From: Cyanobacteriota bacterium
Lineage (GTDB): Bacteria > Cyanobacteriota > Cyanobacteriia > PCC-6307 > Cyanobiaceae
DNA length: 64,000 nucleotides
Assembly (NCBI GenBank): GCA_046052125.1
Contig: JBJOMY010000007.1
Coordinates: 16,448 to 80,447, forward strand
Reading direction: 5' to 3'
A model generated the notes under the pieces. That model was not told the DNA's origin. It made no database searches and saw nothing but the letters and a program-made list of their open reading frames with translations. The position numbers and the translations under genes are program-made. This document shows positions 1 through 11,061 of the stretch, piece by piece. Within the stretch, counting starts at the first letter, position 1, and each line of letters starts with the position of its first letter.

Positions 1-23
1 AAGCACTGGACCGATAAAGGGGG

Positions 24-611
24 TCACGTCAGGGCACTCACCAAGGTGGTGCTCGCCAGCAGCAGTCCATAAGCCACGCTGCGGCGCCAACTGTGGGCAA
101 CGGCAAACAGCGGCGTGGCTGCACGACCTGGATCAAGGGGAACCAGCCGGGCCTGCAACAGGATCGTGAATCCACCCGAAAGCAACACAGCACCGGCAAG
201 CCGGATCAGATCAGCGACCGCTGGGGCGCCCGTGAAGGGACTGTTGGTGATCAGCAAACAGAGACTGACCACCAACAGCCAGTACACCTGCTGCAACTGC
301 CAGCGGGCACTCACCCCCAAAGCGAAGGCAGTGAGCGCGATCACGCCGGTGGCCCTGAGCGGATCGCTCTGAGTGAGGGCGGCGGGGATCGAGAGCAGGG
401 CCAGCCCCGCCACGCCAAGTAAGGCCTGACGCCAACCCAGGCGCACACACACCACAAGCGCTGCGAGGCTCGCCAGGCAGAGCAGGCCAGCGGCCCTAGG
501 AATGCCGCACTGGTGGGCGATCTGATCGGCCGCCAGCAGCGACACAATCGCTACCGCCGCCTGAATCAAGAAACGAAGGCGCTGGTTCAGGGCTGGGGAT
601 CGCCATCTCAA
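24..611 (-). CDS. Multi-pass membrane protein, FUSC-like N-terminal part; possibly truncated
   Basis: 195-aa ORF with about 6 hydrophobic segments; it stops inside a hydrophobic stretch (LLASTTLVSALT*). Confidence 0.55.
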   Translation of the reverse strand: MRWRSPALNQRLRFLIQAAVAIVSLLAADQIAHQCGIPRAAGLLCLASLAALVVCVRLGWRQALLGVAGLALLSIPAALTQSDPLRATGVIALTAFALGVSARWQLQQVYWLLVVSLCLLITNSPFTGAPAVADLIRLAGAVLLSGGFTILLQARLVPLDPGRAATPLFAVAHSWRRSVAYGLLLASTTLVSALT

Positions 612-752
612 CTGCCCATGATTTCACCAAGAGCCGGGGTGAAGGGATCCTGGAGAATCGGGCACTCCATACCGATATTGATACGCAGTTCGATCAGGCC
701 CTGCTGCAGATGAAACAAAGAGGGGACGCATCGCGGCGCTGATCGGCCCAAT

Positions 753-776
753 AAAAAAGCCCCCTTTCGGGGGCTT
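753..776 (-). terminator. Rho-independent terminator of psbD
   Basis: Minus strand reads AAGCCCCC-GAAA-GGGGGCTT followed by a T run, about 25 nt after the psbD stop. Confidence 0.9.
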
Positions 777-801
777 AGCGAACACAGCTGGTGGCCAGCA
801 A

Positions 802-1857
802 TCAAAGAGCGTTGCCCCGGGGCAGAACCTCTTCAGGGAAGACGAAGTTTTCGTGCGGCTGGTCAGCCGGTGCCATCCAGGCACGCAGACCTTCGTTCAG
901 AAGAATGTTCTTCGTGTAGAAGGTCTCGAACTCGGGGTCCTCAGCAGCGCGGATTTCCTGCGACACGAAGTCGTAGGCACGCAGGTTGAGGGCCAGGCCG
1001 ATGATGCCGATGCTGCTGGTCCACAGACCCATCACCGGCACGAACAGCATGAAGAAGTGCAGCCAGCGCTTGTTGGAGAAGGCGATCCCGAAGATCTGGC
1101 TCCAGAAGCGGTTGGCGGTGACCATCGAATAGGTCTCTTCTTCCTGGGTGGGTTCGAACGCCTTGAAGGTGTTCGCCTGGTCGGAGTCTTCGAACAGGGT
1201 GTTCTCCACCGTGGCGCCGTGGATGGCGCAGAGCAGAGCACCACCGAGGATGCCGGCCACGCCCATCATGTGGAAGGGGTTCAGCGTCCAGTTGTGGAAG
1301 CCCTGCAGGAAGAGCAGGAAGCGGAAGATCGCTGCCACACCGAAGCTGGGAGCAAAGAACCAGCTGCTCTGGCCGAGGGGGTACATCAGGAAGACACTGA
1401 CGAACACCGCGATCGGGCCGGAGAAGGCGATGGCGTTGTAGGGGCGAATGCCCACCAGGCGGGCGATCTCGAACTGACGCAGCATGAAGCCGATCAGGGA
1501 GAAGGCACCGTGCAGGGCCACGAAGGTCCACAGGCCGCCGAGCTGGCACCAGCGCACGAAGTCGCCCTGTGCCTCAGGACCCCAGAGGAGCAGGAGGGAA
1601 TGGCCCATGGCATCCGCCGGGCTGCTCACCGCAGCGGTGAGGAAGTTGCAGCCCTCCAGGTAGGAGCTGGCAATGCCGTGGGTGTACCAGGAAGTGACAA
1701 AGGTGGTGCCGGTCAGCCAGCCACCCAGCGCCAGGTAGGCGGTGGGGAACAGGAGCAGACCCGACCACCCGACAAAAACGAAGCGGTCGCGCTTGAGCCA
1801 GTCATCGAGGACGTCGAACCATCCCCGCTGCGGCGCGCGCCCTACAGCGATCGTCAT
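802..1857 (-). CDS. psbD: Photosystem II D2 protein, monocistronic second copy (psbD2 type)
   Basis: [33 protein letters not shown]...[10 protein letters not shown]; followed by a terminator instead of psbC. Confidence 0.99.
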   Translation of the reverse strand: MTIAVGRAPQRGWFDVLDDWLKRDRFVFVGWSGLLLFPTAYLALGGWLTGTTFVTSWYTHGIASSYLEGCNFLTAAVSSPADAMGHSLLLLWGPEAQGDFVRWCQLGGLWTFVALHGAFSLIGFMLRQFEIARLVGIRPYNAIAFSGPIAVFVSVFLMYPLGQSSWFFAPSFGVAAIFRFLLFLQGFHNWTLNPFHMMGVAGILGGALLCAIHGATVENTLFEDSDQANTFKAFEPTQEEETYSMVTANRFWSQIFGIAFSNKRWLHFFMLFVPVMGLWTSSIGIIGLALNLRAYDFVSQEIRAAEDPEFETFYTKNILLNEGLRAWMAPADQPHENFVFPEEVLPRGNAL

Positions 1858-1887
1858 GAGAGCGGCTTCATGAAGCGTTACATCGCC

Positions 1888-1893
1888 ACTGTA
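1888..1893 (-). promoter_or_regulatory. Putative -10 box (TACAGT) of psbD
   Basis: Reverse complement of ACTGTA, about 30 nt upstream of the psbD ATG. Confidence 0.5.
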
Positions 1894-2004
1894 CGGGGAA
1901 CCGGGGGAGCATGGCGGGTTCCCCGACTCAATAGGTAAAAGCTCCTAGTGAGCGCCTGGACCGGCGCTAATTCGCCAAAGTGGAGCCTGGCCGAAATCCC
2001 CGAC

Positions 2005-2268
2005 GTGTTCGTTGTTGAGCTCTCCCTCAAGCTGAGCCCCATGCCCGTTGCCGTGCAGCGCAAGGAGCAGTCGGCCGCTGACGCGCTCTATCAACAGGTG
2101 AAGCAGGCCATGGAGAGCGGCCAACCTCGCCTGCTCGAGCTCACCTGCGAAAAGGAGGAGAGCAAGCGGGTGACACTGCTGACCAGCGAGGTGGTGGCCG
2201 TGCAGACCTACGAGAAATCCGCCATGGGCGGCGGCAGCAAGCGACCCGGCTTCAGCTTCGATGGCTGA
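2005..2268 (+). CDS. Conserved cyanobacterial hypothetical protein
   Basis: Likely GTG start at 2005 ([21 protein letters not shown]...RPGFSF); overlaps the next gene. Confidence 0.75.
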   Translation: MFVVELSLKLSPMPVAVQRKEQSAADALYQQVKQAMESGQPRLLELTCEKEESKRVTLLTSEVVAVQTYEKSAMGGGSKRPGFSFDG

Positions 2269-2950
2269 GGCCAGCAGCCCCCGGCTCACGGTGGATCAGC
2301 TGGGCTTTGCCTGGCCCACCGGACACAGCGCTCTCAATCACTGCAGCTTCACCATCCCCACACCGGGGCTTTGGATGCTGGTGGGTGGCAATGGCAGTGG
2401 CAAGAGCACCCTGCTGCGCCTGATTGCCGGCCTACTCAGTCCCAGTCGCGGTCGACTGTGGTGCCCGCTCAAAGCGGCCCTGGTGTTTCAAAACCCCGAC
2501 CATCAGCTGTTGCTGCCGAGCTGCGGCAGCGAGATCGAGCTCGCCCTGCCCGCCACCACGCCTGCCGAGCAGCGACTGGAGCAGGTGGAGCAGGCTCTCC
2601 ACCAGGTGGGGCTCTCCGGATTCCGGCAACGGCCGATCCACAGCCTGAGCGGCGGCCAGAAACAGCGCCTGGCGATCGCCGGGGCACTGGCCAGCAAGGC
2701 TCAGCTGCTCCTGCTCGATGAGCCCACGGCCCTGCTGGATGAGACCAGCCAACTGGACGTGCTGCAGCTGATCCGCGCCCTTTGCGATCGCCCAGAGGAC
2801 CCGATCACGGCGCTCTGGATCACGCACCGCCTCGAGGAACTGCGCTGGTGCAACGGCGCTGCCCTGATGGAACGGGGGAGCGTGGGGCCCTGGCAGCGCG
2901 GCGAGGTGATGGAACGGAAGCTCAGCCCCCTTGCCGGCGGGAAGGCCTGA
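2261..2950 (+). CDS. ABC/ECF transporter ATP-binding protein (CbiO-like)
   Basis: Walker [18 protein letters not shown]-loop, LSGGQKQR signature, LLLDEPT Walker B. Confidence 0.9.
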   Translation: MAEASSPRLTVDQLGFAWPTGHSALNHCSFTIPTPGLWMLVGGNGSGKSTLLRLIAGLLSPSRGRLWCPLKAALVFQNPDHQLLLPSCGSEIELALPATTPAEQRLEQVEQALHQVGLSGFRQRPIHSLSGGQKQRLAIAGALASKAQLLLLDEPTALLDETSQLDVLQLIRALCDRPEDPITALWITHRLEELRWCNGAALMERGSVGPWQRGEVMERKLSPLAGGKA

Positions 2951-2985
2951 GGGGTAAGTTCTTCAGGCACCCGTCAGGGCCGCAT

Positions 2986-3057
<72 letters not shown>

Positions 3058-3064
3058 CTTTTTC

Positions 3065-3091
3065 ACCCCAGCCTCCCGGCTGGGGTTTTTT
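3065..3091 (+). terminator. Rho-independent terminator after tRNA-Asn
   Basis: ACCCCAGCC-TCCC-GGCTGGGGT followed by TTTTT. Confidence 0.85.
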
Positions 3092-3362
3092 CTTGCCTCG
3101 ACAAACGCAGCAATCAGGCAGCCGCTTCGCATCAATCGCCGCCAAATTGCAACACCACAAACGGAAGAAAACCTGTAAATCCGACTCAATGATCAGATCA
3201 AGCTGAGACGAAGAAGCCAGGCACTGCAAGCGTTCCCGGTGATTTTTCCTTCATTGGAGCATCCGCCGAAGTTCTGCAGATCCTCAACTTTGCAGGGAGA
3301 ATGTGCCCAACGTACAGCGGACTAACCCCGCAGCGTCTGCACTCCAGCCCCGGAGCCCGACC

Positions 3363-4133
3363 ATGAAGCCCTGCATCTTGCTGATCGAAGACGACGGCGA
3401 CATGCGCGAGCTGGTGGCCGGCCACCTCGAGCACAGCGGCTTTGATGTGCAACGCGCCGAAGACGGCATCAAGGGCCAGGCCCTAGCGCTGCAGTACACC
3501 CCCGATCTGATCCTGCTGGATCTGATGCTGCCCAAGGTGGATGGCCTCACCCTCTGCCAGCGCCTGCGGCGGGATGAGCGCACCACGGGCATCCCAATCC
3601 TGATGCTCACCGCCCTGGGAAGCACCAAAGACAAGGTGAGTGGCTTCAACTCCGGCGCCGACGACTACTTGGCGAAGCCCTTTGATCTGGAAGAGCTGCT
3701 CGTGCGGATCAAGGCGCTGCTGCGCCGCAGCGACCGTGCTCCGCTCTCCACCAAGCACAACGAAATCCTCAGCTACGGGGCCCTCACCCTTGTGCCGGAG
3801 CGCTTTGAGGCGATCTGGTTCGACGAGCCGGTGCGGCTGACCCACCTGGAGTTCGAGCTGTTGCACTGCTTGCTGCAGCGCCATGGCCAGACCGTGGCTC
3901 CCTCGCTGATCCTCAAAGAGGTGTGGGGCTACGAGCCGGACGACGACATCGAGACGATCCGGGTGCACATCCGCCACCTGCGCACCAAGCTCGAACCCGA
4001 TCCCCGCAAACCGCGCTTCATCAAAACCGTGTACGGGGCGGGCTACTGCCTTGAGCTGCCCACCGGCAATCAGGAAGCGGAACTTGCCCAGTTGGTGCAC
4101 AACGCTCGCGAAACCCGCCGCAGCGCTGCTTAG
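3363..4133 (+). CDS. rpaA: OmpR-family response regulator RpaA (circadian output)
   Basis: [11 protein letters not shown]...[15 protein letters not shown]...[38 protein letters not shown]; convergent with holB. Confidence 0.92.
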   Translation: MKPCILLIEDDGDMRELVAGHLEHSGFDVQRAEDGIKGQALALQYTPDLILLDLMLPKVDGLTLCQRLRRDERTTGIPILMLTALGSTKDKVSGFNSGADDYLAKPFDLEELLVRIKALLRRSDRAPLSTKHNEILSYGALTLVPERFEAIWFDEPVRLTHLEFELLHCLLQRHGQTVAPSLILKEVWGYEPDDDIETIRVHIRHLRTKLEPDPRKPRFIKTVYGAGYCLELPTGNQEAELAQLVHNARETRRSAA

Positions 4134-5104
4134 CCCTCAACGGCACCACTGAGCTCCAGCAAGGCCACTTCCCAGGCCAAACGAGGCTGCACGTAGGCGC
4201 GCAGCTGGCGCCTGAGGGTTTCAAAGCGATGCTGCTGGGCGGGATCGATGCGCTGACGCCACAGGCGCAGCTGCCACCAATCGAGCAACCAAAGCTGCTG
4301 CTCCACCTCGAGGGCCTCACAAAGGTCGCGAGCCAGGCTGAGGGCCTCCACCGGACTCACGGAGCGCTGGGCTTCTCCCACCAACTCCGCGCAGCGCTGG
4401 GCCAGCCCATCGGGCAACGCTTGCCACTGCTGCCGCTGCTCCAGCAGCGCACCGGGTGAACCGGCGGCCAGCTCCACCAGCTCCGGCGGATCAGAACCTT
4501 GGGGTTGCTCCGGCTGCTCAGCAAGCACTTGCTTCAGCTGATCCGGCGTGAGCCGGGAGAAGGGAATGGACTGGCAGCGGGAGCGAATCGTGCTGAGCAA
4601 GCGATCCGGGGCTGCACTCAGCAGGATCAACAGCCCATCACCAGGCTCCTCCAGGGTTTTGAGCAAGGCGTTGGCCGCACCCTCCGCCATCGCCTCCACC
4701 GCTTCGATCACCACCAGACAACGACTGGCCTCCACCGGCCGGCGCCCCAGAAACTGCGACACCGCACGCACCTGCTCGAGACGCAGCTGGGGTGGTGCTT
4801 TGCGGCTGATGCCAGCCGCGGCCGCTTGCGATGCGGGCACCAACTGCCCCTTCTCGCTGTAGGTGGGCTCCACCCAGAGCAGATCGGGATGGTTGCCCTC
4901 CTGGAGGCGGCGGCGGACTGAGGCCGATCCAGCAGGCCCGGCAATCACCCCCTCAAGGAAACGGCGCGCCGTGATCGATCGGCCCACCCCATCGGGCCCG
5001 CAGAACAGATAGGCGGGGGCCAGACGCTGCTGCTCCAAGGCCGCCAACAGCAACCCCGTGGCCTGCCCCTGACCCACCAACCCCGCAAACAGCGGTTCAG
5101 TCAT
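4130..5104 (-). CDS. holB: DNA polymerase III delta-prime subunit
   Basis: [43 protein letters not shown]; follows tmk. Confidence 0.92.
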   Translation of the reverse strand: MTEPLFAGLVGQGQATGLLLAALEQQRLAPAYLFCGPDGVGRSITARRFLEGVIAGPAGSASVRRRLQEGNHPDLLWVEPTYSEKGQLVPASQAAAAGISRKAPPQLRLEQVRAVSQFLGRRPVEASRCLVVIEAVEAMAEGAANALLKTLEEPGDGLLILLSAAPDRLLSTIRSRCQSIPFSRLTPDQLKQVLAEQPEQPQGSDPPELVELAAGSPGALLEQRQQWQALPDGLAQRCAELVGEAQRSVSPVEALSLARDLCEALEVEQQLWLLDWWQLRLWRQRIDPAQQHRFETLRRQLRAYVQPRLAWEVALLELSGAVEG

Positions 5105-5744
5105 GGGGAGCGCAGCAGCCAGCAATGGCACGCTGCAGTTCAGCGCTCACCAGCTCAACCGGCTGGCCGGCATCGAAGCGCTGCCAGCCGGGCTGGGCCG
5201 CCAGCGCGGAAAACCCAGCGCAGACCCGCGCCAGAAAGGCCTCACCACTGGCCTCGATCCGATCAGCAACCCGGTGACCTCGGCGCCGCAGGGAGTCCTG
5301 CAGGGGCAGGTCGAGCAGCAGGGTGAGATCGGGCTCGAGCCCTCGGCAGGCAATCCGGCTGAGCTGATCGATCAACTCCAGCGATAAGCCGCGGCCGTAG
5401 CCCTGATAGGCAGCGGTGGAGCCGTGGAAGCGATCGCTGAGCACCCAATGGCCGGCCTCCAGAGCCGGACGAATCCGCTCCTGGACGTGCTGAGCGCGAT
5501 CAGCGGCATAGAGCAGGAGCTCAGCGGTGCTGCATGGCTCAGCTGCACCGGGCGGATGCAACAGCAGCTGGCGCAAGGCGAGGCCGAGTTCGGTGCCACC
5601 GGGCTCACGGGTCACCAACAGCTCCGCACCGGCGGGCATCAGGCCACTGGCCGGCAACCAATGCCGCAACCGCTCGATCTGCGTGGTCTTGCCACAGCCA
5701 TCGATGCCTTCCAGAACAAAAAAACGTCCGCGCTCAGTCATCAC
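5097..5744 (-). CDS. tmk: Thymidylate kinase
   Basis: FVLEGIDGCGKTTQ, TREPGGT, LYAADRAQH, SDRF, AYQGYGRG. Confidence 0.96.
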   Translation of the reverse strand: MMTERGRFFVLEGIDGCGKTTQIERLRHWLPASGLMPAGAELLVTREPGGTELGLALRQLLLHPPGAAEPCSTAELLLYAADRAQHVQERIRPALEAGHWVLSDRFHGSTAAYQGYGRGLSLELIDQLSRIACRGLEPDLTLLLDLPLQDSLRRRGHRVADRIEASGEAFLARVCAGFSALAAQPGWQRFDAGQPVELVSAELQRAIAGCCAPHD

Positions 5745-8088
5745 GCCCCAGCAACAGGGCGTTCACCACCACCGTGATTGAACTAGAGGCCATCAACAGC
5801 GCTGCCAGGGGAGGGGAGAGCACAACGCCAAAGCCTGGCAGCAGAACACCAGCAGCGATGGGCAGCACCACCAGGTTGTAGCCAAAGGCCCAGGCCAGGT
5901 TCTGCCTCACCTTGGCCATGATCCGGCGCGCCAGGCCCAGCGCCTGCGGAATGGCCATCAGCTGATCGCCCAGCACCACCAGATCGGCTGTATCCATGGC
6001 GATCTGGGTGCCGGTACCCACCGCGATGCCCAGATCGGCCGCTGCCAGGGCCGGCGCATCGTTGATCCCATCGCCCACCATCGCCACCGGTGCGTGGGCG
6101 CGAGCCTGCTGCAGCCGCTCAAGCTTCTGCTGCGGGAGAAGCTCCCAGACCAGTTGATCGGGGCGCAGGCCGAGCGTGCGGCCAAGGCGCTGCACCGGGC
6201 CCTGGCGGTCGCCGCTGAGCACCGCAAGGCTGAATCCCATGGCGCCAAGGGCTGCCAGAGCCGCTTGCGCATCAGGGCGCAGGGGATCGTCAATCGCAAG
6301 CAGGGCCAGCAAACGCCCTTCGCCGGCCAGAGCCACCACCGTGGCGCCATGGCTCTCCTGCTCCTGCAACCAGGTCTGCTGTTCCGGCTGAAGGGGTGTG
6401 CCCTCAGCTACCACCCAAGCGAGGCGGCCCAGGCGGCAGCGACCGAACCCGGGAACATCGCCCTCAAGGCCATCACCAGCGAAGGTCTGAGCCTCCTGCA
6501 CCGCCAGCAGCGGCAAGTCGAGCTCCTGGGCGCGCTGGAGCAGCGCGTGGGCCAGGGGGTGGCGGGTGTCTGCTTCCAAGCTGGCCGCCACGTGCACAAC
6601 AACCTCCGGACTGAGCCCGGGCTGCGATGCATGAATCCCCACAAGGCTGGGGCGACCCAGCGTGAGGGTGCCGGTTTTATCGAAAAACACGGCACGCAAA
6701 CCAGCCGCGGCCTCAATCACATCGCCACCGCGAAACAGGATGCCGGCCTTGGCCGCCAACCCCGTCCCGACGCTGATCGCAGCCGGCGTGGCCAACCCCA
6801 ACGCACAGGGACAGGCCACCACCAGCACGGCGATGCTCAGCTGCAGCCCGAGCACAAAGGGCGTTTCCGCTCCCATCCCCAGGCTCTGATGCCCTCCATG
6901 GGCATGGGCCGAGGGAGCAGCGGCAAGCACCTGGGGCCAGAGCTGGGCGCCCACAAGCCACCAAAACAGCAGGGTGGCCAGGGCAAACAGCATCACGGCC
7001 ACGCTGAAACGACCTGCCACTCGGTCGGTGAGTCCCTGAATCGGCCCCTTGCGGGATTGGGCCTGCTCCACCAAGGCAATGATCCGCGCCACGGCGCTGT
7101 CGCGGCCGGCCCGCAGCACCTCCAGCACGAGCGGTGCCTGCAGGTTGAGACTGCCGGCGGCTAGCTCAGCACCAATCCCCACCTCGAGTGGCAAGGGTTC
7201 GCCAGTGAGGCTCGACACATCCAGGCTGGAGGCCCCCTCGAGCACGCGGCTATCCACGGGGACGCGATCCCCCGGCAGCAGCCGCAGGCGATCGCCTGGC
7301 CTCAGCGCACCCACACGCACAGGCCGGGTTGTGGCCTCTGGGCCCTCCCCCACGAGCAGCAATGCCTCATCGGGCTGCAGCAGGGCCAGATCCTGCAGGG
7401 CCCGACCGGTCCGGAAGCGGGCCCGCTCCTCAAGGAAGCGCCCCAGCAACACGAAGCCCAGCAGCATCACCGGCTCGTTGAAGAAGCACTGCCAACCCAC
7501 CGCGGGCCAGATCAGGGCCACGAGGCTCGCGGCATAGGCGCTGGCCATCCCCAGGCCCACCAGGGTGTCCATCCCCGGGGCACCAGCGAAGGCCGATCGC
7601 CAGCCGCGCACAAGAATCGGGCGCCCCGGCAGGGCCAGGGCCAAGGTGGCCACCACGGCATGCACCCAGATCTGGGCAAGCCAGGGCAGCGGCAGCTGAC
7701 CCACCTCAGCCAGATGCCCTGCAGCTGAAACGAGCAGCAGCAACAACGCCACCAGCAGCTGCCGCCAGCGCTCCCACCAACTGAGCCGCTGCTGGCGAAT
7801 CAGCGGAGAATCGGGGCTCTGCTCCTCACGGCGGTGGGCCTGATAGCCCATCCCAGCGAGAGCTTCAATCAACGTCTGGGCCGGATCAGTGGCCAGCTGG
7901 GCGGCAAGGTCCGGGTCAAGCCCCACCCAGGCGGTGCGATTCAGCAGGCTCACGCTGGCCTGACGCACGCCGGGCTGCGCCAACAAGCGCTGCTCCACGG
8001 CTCGCACGCAGCCACCGCATTTCATTCCTTCCACATCCAGCAGCAGGGCAGCCACGGGCTGCGGAGCCTGGTTAATGCCGCTGCTCAC
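5734..8088 (-). CDS. ctaA: P1B-1 Cu(I)-transporting P-type ATPase (CtaA-like)
   Basis: N-terminal GMKCGGC, TGE, ACPCAL, DKTGT, HP, GDGINDAP, YN and MASSS motifs. Confidence 0.85.
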   Translation of the reverse strand: MSSGINQAPQPVAALLLDVEGMKCGGCVRAVEQRLLAQPGVRQASVSLLNRTAWVGLDPDLAAQLATDPAQTLIEALAGMGYQAHRREEQSPDSPLIRQQRLSWWERWRQLLVALLLLLVSAAGHLAEVGQLPLPWLAQIWVHAVVATLALALPGRPILVRGWRSAFAGAPGMDTLVGLGMASAYAASLVALIWPAVGWQCFFNEPVMLLGFVLLGRFLEERARFRTGRALQDLALLQPDEALLLVGEGPEATTRPVRVGALRPGDRLRLLPGDRVPVDSRVLEGASSLDVSSLTGEPLPLEVGIGAELAAGSLNLQAPLVLEVLRAGRDSAVARIIALVEQAQSRKGPIQGLTDRVAGRFSVAVMLFALATLLFWWLVGAQLWPQVLAAAPSAHAHGGHQSLGMGAETPFVLGLQLSIAVLVVACPCALGLATPAAISVGTGLAAKAGILFRGGDVIEAAAGLRAVFFDKTGTLTLGRPSLVGIHASQPGLSPEVVVHVAASLEADTRHPLAHALLQRAQELDLPLLAVQEAQTFAGDGLEGDVPGFGRCRLGRLAWVVAEGTPLQPEQQTWLQEQESHGATVVALAGEGRLLALLAIDDPLRPDAQAALAALGAMGFSLAVLSGDRQGPVQRLGRTLGLRPDQLVWELLPQQKLERLQQARAHAPVAMVGDGINDAPALAAADLGIAVGTGTQIAMDTADLVVLGDQLMAIPQALGLARRIMAKVRQNLAWAFGYNLVVLPIAAGVLLPGFGVVLSPPLAALLMASSSITVVVNALLLGRDD

Positions 8089-8189
8089 GGATTCGCGGGT
8101 GAGTGGCTACAGGCTAGGGAGTGCGAACAGCTCAAGCAGCCGCCACCGCAGGCAGGTGAGGATGGGCCCACGAAGCTCCGCGAACCGCC

Positions 8190-8711
8190 GTGCCCCGCTC
8201 TCAGCGCAACGACAACTTCATCGACAAGAGCTTCACGGTGATGGCGGACCTGATTCTCAAGGTGCTGCCCACCAACCAACGGGCGAAAGAAGCGTTTGCG
8301 TACTACCGCGATGGCATGAGTGCCCAGGCCGATGGCGAGTACGCCGAAGCCCTCGATAACTACGCCGAAGCGCTGAAGCTCGAAGAAGACCCCAACGACC
8401 GCGCCTTCATCCTCTACAACATGGCGCTGGTGTACGCCAGCAACGGTGAGCACGAGAAGGCCCTCGAGCAGTACGGCCAGGCCCTTGATCTCAACAGCAA
8501 GATGCCGCAAGCCCTGAACAACATGGCGGTGATTCACCACCACCTGGGCTCCCTCGCCGAAGAGCAGGGCGACAGCGACCTGGCTGATCGCCACTTCGAT
8601 CAGGCCGCTGATCTCTGGACCAAGGCGATCCGCCTGGCCCCGAACAACTACATCGAGGCTCAGAACTGGCTGAAGACCAGCGGCCGCGGCAGCGTCGATG
8701 TGTACTTCTGA
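8190..8711 (+). CDS. ycf3: Photosystem I assembly TPR protein Ycf3
   Basis: [20 protein letters not shown]...[18 protein letters not shown]...[12 protein letters not shown]. Confidence 0.98.
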   Translation: MPRSQRNDNFIDKSFTVMADLILKVLPTNQRAKEAFAYYRDGMSAQADGEYAEALDNYAEALKLEEDPNDRAFILYNMALVYASNGEHEKALEQYGQALDLNSKMPQALNNMAVIHHHLGSLAEEQGDSDLADRHFDQAADLWTKAIRLAPNNYIEAQNWLKTSGRGSVDVYF

Positions 8712-8750
8712 GGCAAGGCCAGCGCTTTAGGCGTTGAGCAAACGCTGGAT

Positions 8751-10202
8751 TCAGGCGCGATCGTCGGCCGGGTTCACGCCCAGCGCCGCCACCAGCGCTT
8801 CGGCGACGCCGCCGGCCTCGAGCAGCTGAAGATCCAGGCCTGCAGCCAGCCGTCCCAGGCCACTGCCCTTGGGCACCACGGCCCGGCGGAAGCCGAGGCG
8901 CGCCGATTCCTGCAGGCGCTGCTCCAGCTGGGCCACCGGGCGCAGCTGCCCGCCCAGGCCCAGCTCACCGATCAACACCGTGCCCGGCGGCAGGGTGAGA
9001 TCGCGGTAGCTGGCCACCACGGCCGCGGCCACTCCCAGATCCGCCGCCGGTTCCTCCACCTCAAGTCCACCCGCCACCGCCAGATAGCAATCGAAGCGTG
9101 AGAGGGGCAGGCCCAAATGCTTCTCCAGCACAGCCAAGATCTGGTGAAGCCGGTTGGTGCCAATGCCCGTGGCCGTGCGACGCGGGCTCGCGTAGCTGGT
9201 GGTGCTCACCAGGGCCTGCAGCTCCACCACCAAAGGGCGTGTGCCTTCGCAGGCCACGATCGTGGCGGTGCCGGCGCTGGGCTCATCGCTGCCCAGGAAC
9301 AGCTCACTGGGGTTGAGCACCTGGGCCAGGCCCTGGCCGCGCATCTCAAACACGCCCAGCTCATGGGTGGCACCAAAGCGGTTCTTCACCGCCCGCAGCA
9401 GCCTGTGGCTAGCGAAGCGGTCCCCCTCAAAGGTGAGCACCGCATCCACCAGGTGCTCCAGCACCTTCGGCCCAGCGAGCATGCCTTCTTTGGTCACGTG
9501 GCCCACCAGCAGCAGGGCCGTGTCCTGGCGCTTGGCGATGCGGGCTAGGGCAGCCGCGCACTCCCGCACCTGGGCCACCGAGCCCGGAGCGCTGCCCAGC
9601 TCGCCGTCGTGCAACGCCTGGATGCTGTCGATCACCGCCACGGCCGGGCGCAGCGCCTCCAGCTCCTGCAGCACCAACTCCAGATCGGTTTCAGCCAGCA
9701 ACTGCAGGCCAGGACCGCCGGGCGCAGCATCCGCCGGCAACGGCGCGAGCTCCCCCTGCTCCTCCGCCAGGCGGCGCCAGCGCAACTTCACCTGCTGAGC
9801 TGATTCCTCAGCGCTCACATAGAGCACGGAATGGCGGGCCGCCATGGCCTGGGCGCTCTGCAAGAGCAGGGTGCTCTTGCCAATGCCCGGATCCCCGCCG
9901 AGCAACACCAGCGAGCCGGGCACCAAACCGCCACCCAGCACGCGATCCAGCTCGCCGTAGCCACTGCAGAGCCGCTGCAGGGGGCGATCCCCCACCGCCG
10001 CGATCGGCTCGGAGCGGCGCGGCGCGGCCGGGATGGCGGCTTCCGCTGGGGCAGCCACCGGACGGCGGCGGCGGTTGTCGGTGGGGGCAGCGCTCTGCTC
10101 CACCAGGGTGTTCCAGTTGCCGCAGCCGGAGCAGCGACCAAAAAACTGACGGCTCTGCGCTCCGCAGCTCTGGCAGACGTAGAGGCTGGTGGCGCGGGCC
10201 AA
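8751..10202 (-). CDS. radA: DNA repair protein RadA/Sms
   Basis: CQSC..CSGC zinc finger, GDPGIGKSTL, KNRFG motif, Lon-like C-terminal domain. Confidence 0.97.
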   Translation of the reverse strand: MARATSLYVCQSCGAQSRQFFGRCSGCGNWNTLVEQSAAPTDNRRRRPVAAPAEAAIPAAPRRSEPIAAVGDRPLQRLCSGYGELDRVLGGGLVPGSLVLLGGDPGIGKSTLLLQSAQAMAARHSVLYVSAEESAQQVKLRWRRLAEEQGELAPLPADAAPGGPGLQLLAETDLELVLQELEALRPAVAVIDSIQALHDGELGSAPGSVAQVRECAAALARIAKRQDTALLLVGHVTKEGMLAGPKVLEHLVDAVLTFEGDRFASHRLLRAVKNRFGATHELGVFEMRGQGLAQVLNPSELFLGSDEPSAGTATIVACEGTRPLVVELQALVSTTSYASPRRTATGIGTNRLHQILAVLEKHLGLPLSRFDCYLAVAGGLEVEEPAADLGVAAAVVASYRDLTLPPGTVLIGELGLGGQLRPVAQLEQRLQESARLGFRRAVVPKGSGLGRLAAGLDLQLLEAGGVAEALVAALGVNPADDRA

Positions 10203-10299
10203 AACGGTGTATGAAGAAAGGTGGCTACCGCAGAACCCGGAGGCCTGCCGACCTTTTCAGTAGGTCGAACTACTTAACCCGTCCACAGCGAGTGGCGCA

Positions 10300-11061
10300 A
10301 TGACGGCCTCAACCGCCACACCTTCCTCCTCCGCCAAGGAAACCATCCTGGTGGTCGACGATGAAGCAAGCATCCGCCGCATCCTCGAGACCCGCCTCTC
10401 GATGATCGGCTACCAGGTGGTGACCGCCTGCGACGGCCAGGAAGCGATCGAAGCCTTCCGTCAGTGCAACCCCGATCTGGTGGTGCTCGACGTGATGATG
10501 CCCAAGCTCGATGGCTACGGCGTCTGCCAGGAGCTGCGCAAGGAATCCGATGTGCCGATCGTGATGCTCACGGCCCTCGGCGATGTGGCTGACCGCATCA
10601 CCGGCCTGGAGCTCGGTGCCGACGATTACGTCGTGAAGCCGTTCAGCCCCAAGGAGCTAGAGGCCCGCATCCGCTGCGTGCTGCGCCGGGTGGAGAAAGA
10701 CAGCGTGGCCGGCATCCCCAACTCCGGCGTGATCCGGGTGGGTGAGCTGCGCATCGACACCAACAAACGCCAGGTGTACCGCGGTGAGGAGCGCATCCGG
10801 CTCACCGGGATGGAGTTCAGCCTTCTGGAACTCCTGGTGGGCCGCAGCGGCGAACCCTTCAGCCGCGGCGAGATCCTCAAGGAGGTGTGGGGCTACACGC
10901 CGGAGCGGCATGTGGACACCCGGGTGGTGGATGTTCATATCTCCCGCCTGCGCTCCAAACTGGAGGACGATCCGGCCAACCCTGAGCTGATCCTCACGGC
11001 ACGGGGCACCGGTTATCTGTTCCAACGCATCGTTGACGCTGTTGCCTCCGAAGCCCTCTGA
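10300..11061 (+). CDS. rpaB: Response regulator RpaB (Ycf27)
   Basis: ETILVVDDEASIRRILETRLSMIGY...TPERHVDTRVVDVHISRLR. Confidence 0.96.
   Translation: MTASTATPSSSAKETILVVDDEASIRRILETRLSMIGYQVVTACDGQEAIEAFRQCNPDLVVLDVMMPKLDGYGVCQELRKESDVPIVMLTALGDVADRITGLELGADDYVVKPFSPKELEARIRCVLRRVEKDSVAGIPNSGVIRVGELRIDTNKRQVYRGEERIRLTGMEFSLLELLVGRSGEPFSRGEILKEVWGYTPERHVDTRVVDVHISRLRSKLEDDPANPELILTARGTGYLFQRIVDAVASEAL

Noticed and set aside
853..1938. Long antisense ORFs opposite real genes (853-1938, 6094-7164, 12204-13565, 30244-31494, 42283-43551, 48749-49993 and others)
   Set aside because: Shadow ORFs expected from high-GC codon bias; no recognisable motifs and fully overlapping well-identified genes
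2672..2679. HIP1 octamer GCGATCGC occurrences
   Set aside because: Scattered copies are a known cyanobacterial feature and enrichment cannot be assessed without counting
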